Positions 10,276 through 22,159 of a stretch of DNA of 64,000 bases are shown in pieces. Made by a program: the position numbers and the translations under genes. The notes beneath the pieces are model-generated. The model was not told the origin of the DNA and searched no databases. It was given only the letters and a program-made list of their open reading frames with translations. The DNA lies in NCBI GenBank assembly GCA_977862235.1, contig OZ374559.1, forward strand, positions 1,364,001 to 1,428,000. The letters run 5' to 3'. Positions within the stretch are counted from its first letter, which is position 1. Each line of letters starts with the position of its first letter. Source of the stretch: Dudresnaya verticillata. Lineage: Eukaryota.

Positions 10276-11469
10276 ATGGCCTCATTCGCCGTCTTCATAG
10301 TCTTTCTGCTGGCAACCTTGCTCTGTGCTACCCGCGCAGTACCTCAGAACACACCGCTGAATGGACCCACCGTCATCCGGCGGAGGACGGTAAGATGCAA
10401 GGAAAAGTGCAGGGTGGGGCGAAGAGATCGCAGGAGGGCCGTGAAAGACTGCAGGAGGAAGCGTTTCTTCTGCAAGGTAGACATCTGCGAGAGAACGAAG
10501 CGAGGAAAAACGAAATCAGGCTTCGTCTGCACCAGTAAGACTTCTCCAACCACTCCTCCCCCAACAGATACCACAACCGTCGCAACAACCACAACGGGCA
10601 CTACTACAACCGTTGCGGACACCACCACAACCGTCGCCACAACCACAGCGGGCACTACTACAACCGTTGCGGACACCACCACAACCGTCGCCACAACCAC
10701 AGCGGGCACTACTACAACCGTTGCGGACACCACCACAACCGTCGCCACAACCACAGCGGGCACTACTACAACCGTTGCGGACACCACCACGACAACGTCG
10801 GACCCCACTACAGCACCACCGGGCACCACTGGTACCACTACACTTGTAGACCGTGTTCTTTCCTTTAGGGATACAGACATAGGTTTCAATTTGTTCTGTC
10901 AGTCTCGCACCGATGAAACGGACCTTGGAGAACCAATTGTCGGAGAAATATACGCTACGGCTGACTACGCATGCATTAGCGAATGCTTCTTGGGATTGGA
11001 CTTCTTAGTGGAAGCATGTTCCTTAAGTGAATTCCCCCCACCGGAGCAAATTGGCGAGCTCGCTTTCCAGGCCTGTTGTCAAAGTTGCGGAGGTGACTTT
11101 GCGGCAAGTGATCCTGACACCGGGGACGGCATATTGGCCACCTGTGCAAATTTGCAGCCTGACCCCCCCTCCTTTTCGCCGCAGTCAAACACATGTGAAA
11201 GCAGGGTCTTCCCGATTGAGGTGGGGGTTGGCTTTGATTGTCAATGTCCGTCTGGTATCACTAACGGCATATCCGCCGTCTTTGGGAATCAGGACCTAGG
11301 CTGTGTGCAAGACTGCCTGACTGACTCACCAGAAGACGTTTGCGACGACAGCTTCTCGGCTAGTGAAGTGAAGGATGCGATCGATTTGCGCTTCAGTGCG
11401 TGCTGTACCTTGTGTGGTGGTGAACCATTTAGGGACATTATTTGCTTCGGCCCGACAAGCTCCAGATAA
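10276..11469 (+). CDS. Secreted Cys-rich/mucin-like protein (basic Cys-rich domain, Thr-rich stalk, two acidic Cys-rich repeats)
   Basis: Signal peptide MASFAVFIVFLLATLLCATRA. Arg/Lys+Cys region, then 18-aa Thr repeats, then two CxxxC...C...CCxxCGG modules. TATAAA at ~10191. Confidence 0.85.
   Translation: MASFAVFIVFLLATLLCATRAVPQNTPLNGPTVIRRRTVRCKEKCRVGRRDRRRAVKDCRRKRFFCKVDICERTKRGKTKSGFVCTSKTSPTTPPPTDTTTVATTTTGTTTTVADTTTTVATTTAGTTTTVADTTTTVATTTAGTTTTVADTTTTVATTTAGTTTTVADTTTTTSDPTTAPPGTTGTTTLVDRVLSFRDTDIGFNLFCQSRTDETDLGEPIVGEIYATADYACISECFLGLDFLVEACSLSEFPPPEQIGELAFQACCQSCGGDFAASDPDTGDGILATCANLQPDPPSFSPQSNTCESRVFPIEVGVGFDCQCPSGITNGISAVFGNQDLGCVQDCLTDSPEDVCDDSFSASEVKDAIDLRFSACCTLCGGEPFRDIICFGPTSSR
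10567..10793 (+). repeat. Coding minisatellite, 54-bp unit, about 4 copies
   Basis: GTTGCGGAC recurs at 10612, 10666, 10720 and 10774; the unit encodes ADTTTTVATTTAGTTTTV. Confidence 0.95.
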
Positions 11470-11616
11470 ATCCAGGCTCAGGCTCGATTAGATAAATGTG
11501 TCCTGATTTGCACCGCTTTTTCAACGATTCTAGCGGGGGAGGTTAGTTGAGGGTTAATTGCGTATTATCGAAGGCATTGTAAATAGAGCCCCTTGTGTTT
11601 CCTTCGGGAGGCCGAG

Positions 11617-11699
11617 GGTGATCTGCAGCGCTGCGGCTGACCGGAGGGAATACCAATTGGTGATCTGCAGCGCTGCGGCAGACCGGAGGGAATACCAAT
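11617..11699. repeat. 42-bp tandem duplication
   Basis: GGTGATCTGCAGCGCTGCGGCWGACCGGAGGGAATACCAAT occurs twice in tandem. Confidence 0.9.
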
Positions 11700-13904
11700 C
11701 CGTTGGACTCGAGTTATTTAGCTTTGCTATCCTCAGGAGGCTTTACTGTAGGTGCCCCGCTACGGAATAAATATAAATACTACACTGCTCAACAGAAGAG
11801 TGAAGAGGACGTATGACAGATGGAGGAGTCCAGGCCTCATGGGCACTTGTAGATTTTGTTCGGAGCATGCCATGCCAATATTTGGCAGACTACAAACTTA
11901 CCTCGTTTAAGTGAGTCTTACGCATTTATCTCTCTGTGCTGCTTGAACAGGTTCTGAGTCTGGAACTTCATAAGACTAGTGAGGGTTTTCACTTTTCCCG
12001 AAGGGATAATATGGGACCGAGGCTTGTGTAGTCGCCGCTAGGTCGTACGCCTGGGCACTGTTCGCCAATAACACTTTTTGTTTGTCACTATCCTCCCTCC
12101 TACCGTACCACTATTGACTACCGTCATTGATTGTACAGAGAACTTTACACGACAGAGGCTTGACATTCAACTCGTATCGATTGTACATAGCAGTGCCGCT
12201 TTGTGCACTCAATGGGTGAACGTAGCTAAAAAAAAGTGCAAGTACTGTACCTTCGAAACAATGCGGCGAGAACGTGCTAGTTCTGGCTCTTTTAATCACG
12301 TTGCCATCAAAACAAATGGTGAAAAAAGGCCCTATCAGGGTTCATTCTACTTTCTTCCTCCGCTGCCTACACTCACCGTCATCGCCGTTATGCCGGCGCC
12401 CGCACGCGGCGACGTTGTCGCTGGCGAGGCGGGTGCCAGTACCGCTCTACCTCATCGCTTACGGCGATTCGATTACCAACGCGACGCGCTCTCTGCAACT
12501 ACTCCGGTGTCTGCTATGTTTCGAGTGCCTTCCCTCGCCCCCGGCGCACGAACGGGCCGAACCGGGAATGGCGAGCAAAGGAGCCCGGACATCCTTGGCG
12601 CAGCGCGACTTGCCAGACCCTGCCGCACCCAACCCACTCCGTTGCTTGACTTCGGAAAGCGAGGGGTCCCCGCAAGCCAAGCTGCTCCGCCGGCCGATGG
12701 AGAAGTCAAGAGTCCGCCCGCCGCCGTCGTCGTATGCTGCTGTAATGCGATAGAGGTGTCTACAGTCGAAGTTTTTCAAGCGACGTGTACCAATGGCAAC
12801 AGTGATATGTGCCGTGGAATTTTCTTCGAAAATTCTCAAGGGTCTCAGGTAGGTCCTTGTGTAGACGGGGCGGCGACTTAGCGCCCTTCGAACCCTACCA
12901 TAAAGTTCCTCCATCTCTCAAAACAATACAACTGAATTGTTCCCAGTTGGCAATATTTGCTGTACTCCTTGAAGAAGATGGCCGCAATATAGCCAAAAGA
13001 TCTTGCCTTGGTATGCGTGTGTATCACGACACGCGTGGCGTGAGTTGTACCGATTTTGTGTAAAGAGTTCCATGTGCACCCCATCTGCCCGACACCCAGA
13101 AGCACACGAAAGAAGCGATATTTGGAGGTACCTCATTCAGAACAGCGAATTGTGAGGACTTCCCACCTAGCCGGAGGCCCCCATGTAACCAACAATTTCT
13201 TTGCCGGGACAATATATTTACATATCCTCGTAGTAACCCCCCTAAAAAGTTCCCCATTCTCATGTACAACAGTACATGCTAGCAACGCCACACTTTTAGT
13301 CTTCACCACTACCGCACTCAACTGTGTAGACTAAACGACCTTCCTCGGCGTCTCCTGCTCGCCCTGCGCCGCAGACATTCTCCTACACAAACCTCTTCCA
13401 GCCTCCTTGCAATCATCCTTACCATTTCATCTTGGTACCAACGTTTCTGTCAAGACCCTACTGTACTACTCTGCATGACCGATTTTTTGGGTGATTTCCT
13501 GTATCAAATTGTGCGACAGGAGGCGGATTGTAGGAAGCAGGAGGGAGCATGTGTTGCACCCACTACCGACCGAAGATGGGACTAGCAGCTGGCCGTAGGG
13601 CTGGCAGGGGTGCCCGAAAGGCACCGTTGGGTGATAGGAAATGTGTGGAGGCGCCCCCGAATTGTAAGGAGGCGGTCGTGCGGATTGGAGAGCTAAAGGG
13701 CTGGATAGAAGCACTTCGCAGTAAATACTGGAACAGGACGGCGTCCCAGTAGAGTTACTTCGCAAAGAGCAGTGACTTCAGATGCTTCTGTGGCAGGCGG
13801 GAGACAGGAGTTCATGATGAGACGTGGTAAGCAGCCAGAAACACGTGCCAGCGTCTATTGTGCTGGTTAGGAAGAGGGTATGGCAACTGCGAGGGGTTGG
13901 GAAT

Positions 13905-14968
13905 TGTGAACTCAAACGGGTGCCTTTAGCCTTCCTGACTCTAGCTGTTAACTTGTGTCTCTCTCCTTCTCTAGCTCGCTCTGCCCTACCCTATTTATCC
14001 ATGCGCTCTTCCCCAGTGGTGTAGTGTGGTACAATGAGCCGCCAGCGGCTGTAAGCACGTACACGTATTTTGCGCCTGTAATGCGCGGGTAATATTGCGC
14101 GTGGCATGCGTCTGTAAGGCGCCGCACGTAACGACGCACTGTAAGGCCAAATGCATTGCTGGCCACTCTGTATGGCATTTCTGGGAACAGCACGACGCCA
14201 ATGAGATGGCTAGCCGTGATTGGCTGATTTATCAAGGCCTTACGCGCAGGATCGCGTCCGAGTCATAAGCACCTTACGTGCGCAGGGCGGAGTACGACAG
14301 CTCACTACCTCATTGTAATTATTAACGCTAACTTCAATAGCTTAGAAGAGGAATAGCGGCGAAGGCGCTTTCGGCCTTCGCCATATTTATTGCGCCCCTG
14401 ACTAGCAGGGGTCTGCTGAATAGAACCCAACGGTGTGTTTCGGATCTGTACCCTTTCTCTGGCCTACACGTGCTCACCGTACTCCCCCTTCCGGGTGCTT
14501 CACAAGCTTTAGCCTCGTACGGCTTTGTACTCTACGAGTGTTAGGTTGGCGCCGCCCCTTTTCCCATTCTTTCAGGCACGCTAGCCTTTTTCCCTTTTCC
14601 CCAAAGTCTCTACCAACTCCCCATTTCAGATACCGTCGGTAGGGTGTGTGCGCGCACAGTACAGCTGTCCTTGCCGCTTAGCGGGCTACTGGCTCGTCGC
14701 GCCATACTACTACATGTAGGCACGCTAACCAATATTTCTCATCTGCAGCCCGCTCTCCAATCTTGTCCTCGTTACCTGCCCCTCTTTCCGCCCGATTACT
14801 GCTATGGTATCCAGCACAGTTCAAATAGCCCGGAGAGTCGCTCCTCATTGCCCCTCCCGACGTCCGATTACCCAGACAGTAACAATCATCTTTTTCTACG
14901 GGAAAAGCTAATCGGGGGATACCCGAGCCACGGCTGGTGCGCGTGTGGGAACTTAACATATCATCACA
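13905..14968 (-). repeat. 3' LTR of the Gypsy element, split by a nested solo LTR
   Basis: Matches 19710-20078 on either side of the 14025-14714 insert. Confidence 0.9.
14025..14714 (+). mobile_element. Solo LTR (690 bp), copy 2, nested in another LTR
   Basis: TG...CA termini with a perfect TSD TGTAG (14020-14024 and 14715-14719). The empty site CAGTGGTGTAGGCA is visible in the sister LTR at ~19818-19832. Confidence 0.93.
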
Positions 14969-15004
14969 GGGCCCGATACATTCCTGACTCGCTCAGTGGA
15001 TGTA

Positions 15005-18000
15005 TCAATGTTTCTGAATGTGAATTTCACGTCGGGCCATAGTTGCGATCTGCTTTCGTGATTTAACCAAAAACTGCGTCACTTTCTCGGGAACGTCCTC
15101 AAATAGTATGTTCAGGGACTACCAAGTCCAGTCGGCTTTGTCTGGCTGACCCAGCCACTGTACGTGGATACATATCCCGTCTTTGGTCTCTCCAATGTCT
15201 ACTAGACGTTCCACCATTTCAAATTTCGTTTCGATATGCTCTGCCTGCCTCAGCAGTTTCTTAGAAATATCCTTTCCATCTTAATCAGCTCTGTACGGTA
15301 ACAACCTTGCGGCGTGCACTATCTCCGTTTTCTTATCGACAATCCCAGCAACTTCGTAGACTGTTTCCCCAATTACTTTAGTAATCCTACGGGGGCCTAA
15401 CCAGCGGAATGCGAGCTGGTGACTTTTGTCCTGTGCTCGTCGTACTAGAACGAAGTCACCGACCGTAAAGCTTGGACATATCAAATTTTCTTTCTTATTA
15501 TGATGAGTGATTTGCTTCTCACGGTTCTCAGAAACCGTTTCAGCTACTTGTTTGTGCATTTCACTTAGGCTCTTCTGAATGTTGTCAATTAGTAATACTT
15601 GGTTCGCTCTAACAACGTCAATGGCCTGAGACTTTCCCGCCCTCTTAATGCCCTGGATTCTGAATTGGGTCCGGTTCGGCATAATACCCGTCATTGCTTC
15701 TAGCGGCGTCCTGTAACTGCCATCCCCTCTCCTTCCCATTCGTTTGAGGGGAGCTTCATTGAGGGCCTGCATCACTACTTCAATTACGAGTGGCCAGTCT
15801 TGCGGACCGAGACGGAACTCCGAAAGGAGAGCAGTGCAAGCGGCACTAATATGGCGCATACAGTTCTCAACCGTTCCGTTAACCCATGGGGAGTATGCCA
15901 CGGTTAAAACGTGTTCGATGCTGTAGTCCTTGGCCAATGCTTTCATGACGTCATTTTTAAAGTGAGAGACTTGATCCGAAACCCAGAATCCCATAACTGT
16001 AAAGACTCTGATCCATCGAGAAATCTCCCGAACCACCACTTCTGAATTGGCCGCTTCGGAAGGGCACAGCCATAAATAGGAAGACATATCATCTCTGATG
16101 ACTAGAACATATTTGAGTCCATCCGTTCCGATACCCATAAAAGAGAAAATCAAAATGTATTACTTCATTTGGTTCTGTTCCATGTAACTTCATGGACAAG
16201 GGCCTCGGGACCTTGAGTCCGCCCTTTGCCAGGATACAGTGGATACAGTTCTTACAAAACTCGATACAGTCATTCGCCATGTCTTTCCATGTAAATAGTT
16301 CCGTTAGCACACTGTGCGTTGAATCACTCCCTCTGTGACCCGCCCTAGAGCAATGCGCAATTACTAATATCTTACCCAGTAGTTCTAAAGCATCCGACGG
16401 TACCCAAATCTTTCCTTTGATTTTCAGAGTCCCATCATCGTCTAGGTTACATTCCGTAGGTTTATTACTGCCCTTTCTTTGTTCATTGACGATGTCCTCA
16501 GTAGATGGCCATATAAAGTCTTCATCCGTAGGAGAGTCAATGATATCTCGGTCCATAAGTAGGCTAGTAATCCGGCGACAAACGTCGCTCTTTCCACGAT
16601 AACCGGTATTCCACCGTGTCATCATGTCGGCGGCTGTGTTTCGTGATCCTTCTATGTGCTCAATTGTGTACATAAATCTCGATAAATACAGCGCCCATCT
16701 CTGGACCTTGTTCACGACATGTCGCCCAAGAGTTGGCTTGATTATAAGGGGATCATATACAAAAAGCAGGTTTTGGTGGTCTGTAAAAATGTGTATGTCA
16801 TTCTCGCACGCCAGCATATAGTCCATTTTCTCAAAAGCTTGAAAAATAGAATATCCCTCCTTCTCAAATGTGCTCCAATGCCTCTGGGTTTCATTAAAAG
16901 GAGATCCCAAGAATGCTAGCGGTTGGTGCTTCTGGTCTTCAATTGGTAACTTCAGCTGGGTCGGCTCACATTGAGTGACCACTGCGGCCCAATGCTCGTC
17001 TGATGCATCTGTATATATACATATTGTCTTTGTATTGTCACGATGGGCCAATTTGACTGCGTCTCTCAGCTGTTCTTGGAGGTCTACGAAGGCTTCATCA
17101 TGTTCAGGGCCCCCATTCAACTCTGTCAGCTTGATGCTCTGTATGGACTTTGAGGTACGTTTTCCGGACTTACTGTATGCACTTTCGAGGACCGCTCGTA
17201 GGGCTGAAATTCTCTTAACAAAGTCTGGTATGTAAGTGCTCATCCATTGCAAGCAGTTCACAAATTGTGACAGTTCTGCAGCATTAATAGGAATATGCCC
17301 ATTTCGTAATCCACTGAGTCTGCGGTGGTCACATTCAACTCCGTCCTTGTCGACCACAAATCCACACCACCTGAGTATCTTAGCGAACAAGACGGTTTTA
17401 TTAGCTGAAAAATTTAGGTTTTTCTCTCTGCAAATGTTGAAGAAAGTCCGCAAGTGGTTAATAAGTCCTTCTTCCGTTTCAATGTGTAACGCGAAGTCGT
17501 CCAGCCAAGCTTTAACCGCCTCTTTCATAGTCCTGAAACACGGCTCTACTCGCGATTGAAAGTTCTGAGCAGCATTCTGCGCGCCTTGTAGAGTCCTTGT
17601 GGGCTGGCAAACACCCCTCGGCGTTAGAAAGCTATGGTAGGCCTGGCTGTCCGTATGCAGGGGGAGCTGCCGGTACCCGTTGCCAAAATCGATACTAGCA
17701 AAGAAATGGCTCTGAGCGAAGTCCATGAGCTCTGACTGGATATGGGGCATGGGCCATGTTACGGGTTGGGTACACTGGTTTACCCTTCTCAGGTCGAACG
17801 TCAGTCGGTACTTTGCCGGTGGATTTTTTTGGTACAAGTAGTGCGGGCGAGGCCCATTCCGCATTGCTGTTTTTCTTAGCCATATTGTAGGCGATCAGCT
17901 TGTCCATAAAATGTCCCATGAACTGCCTCTGGTCAATTGGGTAGCGTCGTGCCTTCGCAATGTAGGGCACGGACCCCGGGTTTAGAATCACTTGCATTGG

Positions 18001-18670
18001 TTCCACCGCCGCCGGTGGTCCTGGGCCTAATCGCACGCAGAAGACATCAGCATATTCGTCCAACAGTAGCCGCATGCGGTGGGAACCTTGCTCACTAATC
18101 CCATTTTCCTCAGCTTGTTTGAGCATTTTACCCAAAGCGGACTCTAATTCCTCTTCAGTTTCAATCCCAAGGTCGATCTCGTGGCATTTCTCTTCGGCCC
18201 CTTCGTCTTCGGCAGCTGCTCTGTCTGAATGAAATAATCCGGATGATAGAATTTTAGCAATAGACCCATTCCTGTAACCGTCGCTCTCGCCCAATTCTGC
18301 AGCGTCGACACTACCGCGGTACCTATCGCATGCGGCCTCTAACATTTTCTTCGTGTCCAGTCCGAGGGCCTCTTGGATTGGGCGTCCGAGCAGCGGCTCA
18401 TTTATTTTCTGTAGTGAGACGAACCACTTCAGATTGCGTATCATAAGAGATTTTCCGTGTCGAATATGTAGTTCGGTGTCCAGTACGACCTCCTTGCTGC
18501 ATTATACGTGACATTCTGATGCCGCGAGCCCGAACTTCTTTGGACTGCCGAAGGTTTTAACATTCATGTCCGTTCTCTTTTCCAACAGTGATGCATAGAG
18601 CTCTGGTGGCATGAGGTTAATGCCGGAACCACCATCGGCACAAATGGTCCTTTCCACCACGCCTCCAAAT
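15005..18670 (-). pseudogene. pol: Gypsy pol (PR, RT, RNase H, integrase, chromodomain), frameshifted with premature stops
   Basis: Protease-like CADGGSGINL. RT motifs include FASIDFGNGYRQL and AWLDDF. RNase H motifs YTDASD and FTDHQNL. Integrase zinc finger H..H..CIHC and core WVSDQ..F..NGTVE. In-frame after the TAA at 15281 comes VERLVDIGETKDGICIHVQWLGQPDKADWTW, which is chromodomain-like. Confidence 0.9.
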
Positions 18671-18699
18671 GTTGCCCCCACTAGTGTGGTGTTAGAGGC

Positions 18700-19625
18700 A
18701 ATTTCATCTTGTTTGTCGCGAACCTTTTTGGTCGCTCTACCATTCTCACGCTTCGCTGCTACATGTTCCTGGATGAGTGCCTCGGCCTTCTCGGGACTTG
18801 TATAAGGGCACTTTCAGACTCCTCCCTGGTGGCGTTTCCCTTTCTTAGCACAAATTTCGTTTAGACATAACGGCGCTGGACGCGAGTTTTCCTTACCTGC
18901 TTGTGAGCCCCCTGGCTTCGAATTTGGCTTAGTCCTAGTCTCTCCCTTTGTCTTAGTATCATCTGCTTTATAGTTTCCCACTCTGAATTTGTCTTGGATA
19001 ATAGCCTCTTGACATAGAGTTGAAACATAATTTTCCACATTTTCCTCAAGTCTTCCTGGAATTCCATGAGCTCTGCCATGGCGTTTTTCAAGTGCTTAGG
19101 ATAAAGGTGCTCTTGCAATATTTTATGGTCTTCTTCGGGTTGACAGTAGGGAATTCAGAGTACCCAACCCCGTCCAATCGTTCGAATACATCATAAACAT
19201 ACTCAAGAATACGGGCCTCTGGGTCGGCCACTTTCATTGGGACCTTAAGACCTTTTAGAGCCTCGTTCAACAGTAGGATTGAACGCATTTCCTTCTGCCT
19301 GCTTGACCAAGCTCTTAACGTAATCCTCAATCTGCTCCGAGGTGAGGTCTTCCAGCACAACCTCTGGTGCCACATGTCTGAGTCGGCCCAGAGTGTGCAT
19401 TGCCTTAAGCAATCCTCTGTCAACGGAAACTTTATATGAAGCCACCGATAGGCTCGGTACTTCCTTCTTCTTTTCTTGAATCTCATCAATATACCTTTCT
19501 CTTTCCTTCAAAAATATAGAAACCTTGTGTGGATCTACACTGCGCAGCACCGGGTGCTCAATTGGCGCAAATAGCGCTGCGCTGGATCCTTGGTCCTGTT
19601 GACCTCCATTCCTGGTAACTGGCAT
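18700..19625 (-). pseudogene. gag: Gypsy gag, frameshifted
   Basis: ORF pieces 19245..19625, 19088..19489, 18861..19118 and 18814..19038 lie between the 5' LTR and the protease. There is a Cys/His knuckle-like PLCLNEICAKKGKRH...C. Confidence 0.75.
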
Positions 19626-19709
19626 TTTGCCACAAACTCCTAGACAAGATACCCAACGTAGTCTGCTGTTGCTCGAATGATGTGTTCCCTGCAGGTGAAC
19701 AGAAATTTC

Positions 19710-20078
19710 TGTAAACTCAAACGGGGGCCTTTAGCCTTCCTGACTCTAGCTGGTAACTTGTGTGTCTCTCCTTCTCTAGCTCGCTCTGCCCTCCCCTATT
19801 TATCCATGCGCTCTTCGCCAGTGGTGTAGGCATGCTAACCAATCTGTCTCATCCGCAGCCCGCTCTCCGATCCCGTCCCCGTTACCTGCCCCTCCTTCCG
19901 CCCGATTACTGCTATGGTATCCAGCACAGTTCACATAGCTAGGAGTGTTGCTCCTCATTGCCCCTCCCGACTTCCGATTACCCATACAGTAAAAAACATC
20001 CTTTTCTACGGGAAAAGCTAATCGGGGGATACCCGGGCCACGGCCGGTGCGCGTGTGGGAACGTAACATATCATCACA
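19710..20078 (-). repeat. 5' LTR of the Gypsy element
   Basis: TG...CA termini; direct repeat of 13905-14968 without the insert. Confidence 0.9.
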
Positions 20079-21364
20079 GAATGGGGATTCGGTTTTGTGT
20101 TCTTTGCCGCTCTGGAACTAGAATATCCGTCACGATAAAGTTCTAGTTCTTCCTCTGAAGAGCTAATGTATGGTGATACCATCTACATGCAGACTTGTTG
20201 AGCAGACTGCAAGTACGATCGCTTCCTATTAGCAGTAGTACTAGTAGTAGGTTACTACGCGATAATTGCCTCTGGCCCGGACTCAGTCGCACGGAAGCAG
20301 TCTTTGGTAAGGCACTTTTGGCCTGTTCGCCTGAACGCCTTCCTGTGATGTTACAGTAGTAGAAACTGCAAAACCAAAGCCCTAATAAAGTAATGTTGGT
20401 AACAGTCTTGCACCTAGTATAACAGAAAGCCGGTAATTACGGAGGAGAAGTAAAAAAGACACCTACAGTGGTGCTGATAAATATAGGGACAAGCACCTTT
20501 CTGGCACTAGCGCAAAAACTACACATCCAATCACAAAGCGCGTTTGGATTCAGCATTCCAGGGAGCAACAGGAGAATCAACAGGTGACGGCTCGCTTGGC
20601 GCTCCACCTCGTTATGATAACAAATTGTCGCTCGAGTCGTCGGCCTAAATGAGCTTGAACCAACACCTCCCCTTGGACCTGTCGGCCATGGAGCACTGGA
20701 TATGAGGGGCAGCTCCACACGCTGTGCAACGCACAACGCAGCGGGTGTTCGGGTGTAACCGTAGCGCGAAGCAGAGCGCTGTTGTGACACGCAGAGGAGG
20801 GCGCCCCCGTGCCAGCGTGCGAGTCTGTAATGCTACTGTAATACAGCTGTAATGACTGTGGAACTTGTGGAACAAGCCTGCGAATCCGCTGGAGACCTTA
20901 TAATTGCTTCTCCTTTACCCGAGCCTGCTTCAGCGATGGTCTTTTCATTAGCGGCATCCTTCTGTACAGTTGCTCGCGCACTACTGTTTGCGTTTCCGCC
21001 CGCCTCTCGCACCTCCTTGTTTTCTGCGACCTTGGGCTCCGATGTCTTGATAGCATCTATTGTAACTTCTTCTCCTGATTCAGACCCCAATAAAGATGAA
21101 TCGTCCTTCTTGGATACCTTAATAGCCAAACGGCCGAAACCGCAACCCCCGTTCTGCTCCTTGACACTGCTCACGTCTTTCCCTAGTTCTTCCTTTTCAT
21201 CCTGGTTACCACCACTCTTCCCTTTCCCATCCAGACCGACCTCAGGCTCCAAACGCCCTTTTTTATTTGAGTCTCAAGCCAATTGATGATTAGATCTCTG
21301 GTCGCGTCGACGTCGCTCTTGCTGAACAAGGAAGCAGCGGAAACCTTCTTGATAGAGAACTTCT

Positions 21365-22159
21365 TCAATCCGCCTTCCTCCTTCCTGCACTTAACTGGGA
21401 ACGAGATCTTCGTATGGTACACTTCGCCATAGCGCTTTCAGACATTTTCGTAAAGTAACCCTTTTCACAGGACTTCAAACAGGGTGTCAAGACATAGAAA
21501 CCACATGACACTGCGTCAGACTGACGTGGGCCATCCATCGCCACTCCTAACTCCCTGAAGAACAAGCTTAATTGCTCACGGGCATCGTTGAAGAGACGAA
21601 TGGTTGGAATTTTCCCGGCCTCTTTTTTCAGAAATCTTGCGAGCAACATAACAACGAAACCAACAACTCTTCTGAAGATAGATACGGAGGTGTTGCCGGT
21701 AAGACTGTCAATGTAGAAGAAGTGGGGCTCCTTTAACTCCAATTCATGAACGACATCGTAATTACCGACATCGATTGATTTACCTTCTTTAATTCGCTTC
21801 ACAAGTGCCTTGAAAGCGAGCACCAAGTCGCGAGGAGCGATAAACGTCCTATGTTTCGATTCCGGAATGTAAAACGGGTACACAAACCAACTACTCCCAG
21901 ATGGACATGGTAAATGTTTTCCCGCGCGGCAAAATGCCTCGAATGTCTCAAGAGGGCTACCTTTCCCCTTGGCAAATCTTGTAATGAGATCGGAGCTGTG
22001 GAATGTGTCGCGGCAAAGACACGTCGACTCCTGATATTCCGCAGCCACAATCTTTCCCTTCAGCACCGCAATGCATCCCATGCCCATGAGCATACCCTCG
22101 TCACACAACATGAGAGCAGGGTAGTCATGGAACACGCGGAAGCCGGCGAGGGTCATCAT
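21365..22159 (-). pseudogene. Ulp1/SENP-like (peptidase C48) cysteine protease domain; likely the C-terminal part of a larger disrupted gene (~25.7 kb to ~20.8 kb)
   Basis: Catalytic H-D-Q/C order: VYPFYIPESKH(R)TF ... FFYIDSL ... PRQSDAVSCGFYV. It is flanked by same-strand low-complexity ORF fragments (20833..21252, 22217..22645, 22646..23074). Confidence 0.8.

Larger units (their letters stand above)
13905..20078 (-). mobile_element. Full-length but decayed Ty3/Gypsy retrotransposon with integrase chromodomain
   Basis: Paired 369-bp LTRs: 19710-20078, and 13905-14968 once the nested insert is removed. TSD GAAT at 13901-13904 and 20079-20082. Domain order is gag-PR-RT-RH-IN on the minus strand. 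Confidence 0.93.

Noticed and set aside
10344..10889. Val-rich minus-strand ORF
   Set aside because: It is the antisense shadow of the Thr-repeat coding minisatellite.
12078..13900. Degenerate plus-strand gene (possible F-box-like LNDLP..LL) interrupted by the Gypsy insertion
   Set aside because: It is too broken to assign, with no consistent frame or reliable motif.
6010..14714. Composite LTR element carrying the two secreted-protein genes
   Set aside because: Each 690-bp LTR has its own TSD (CGGGG/GGGGG and TGTAG), so they are independent solos.
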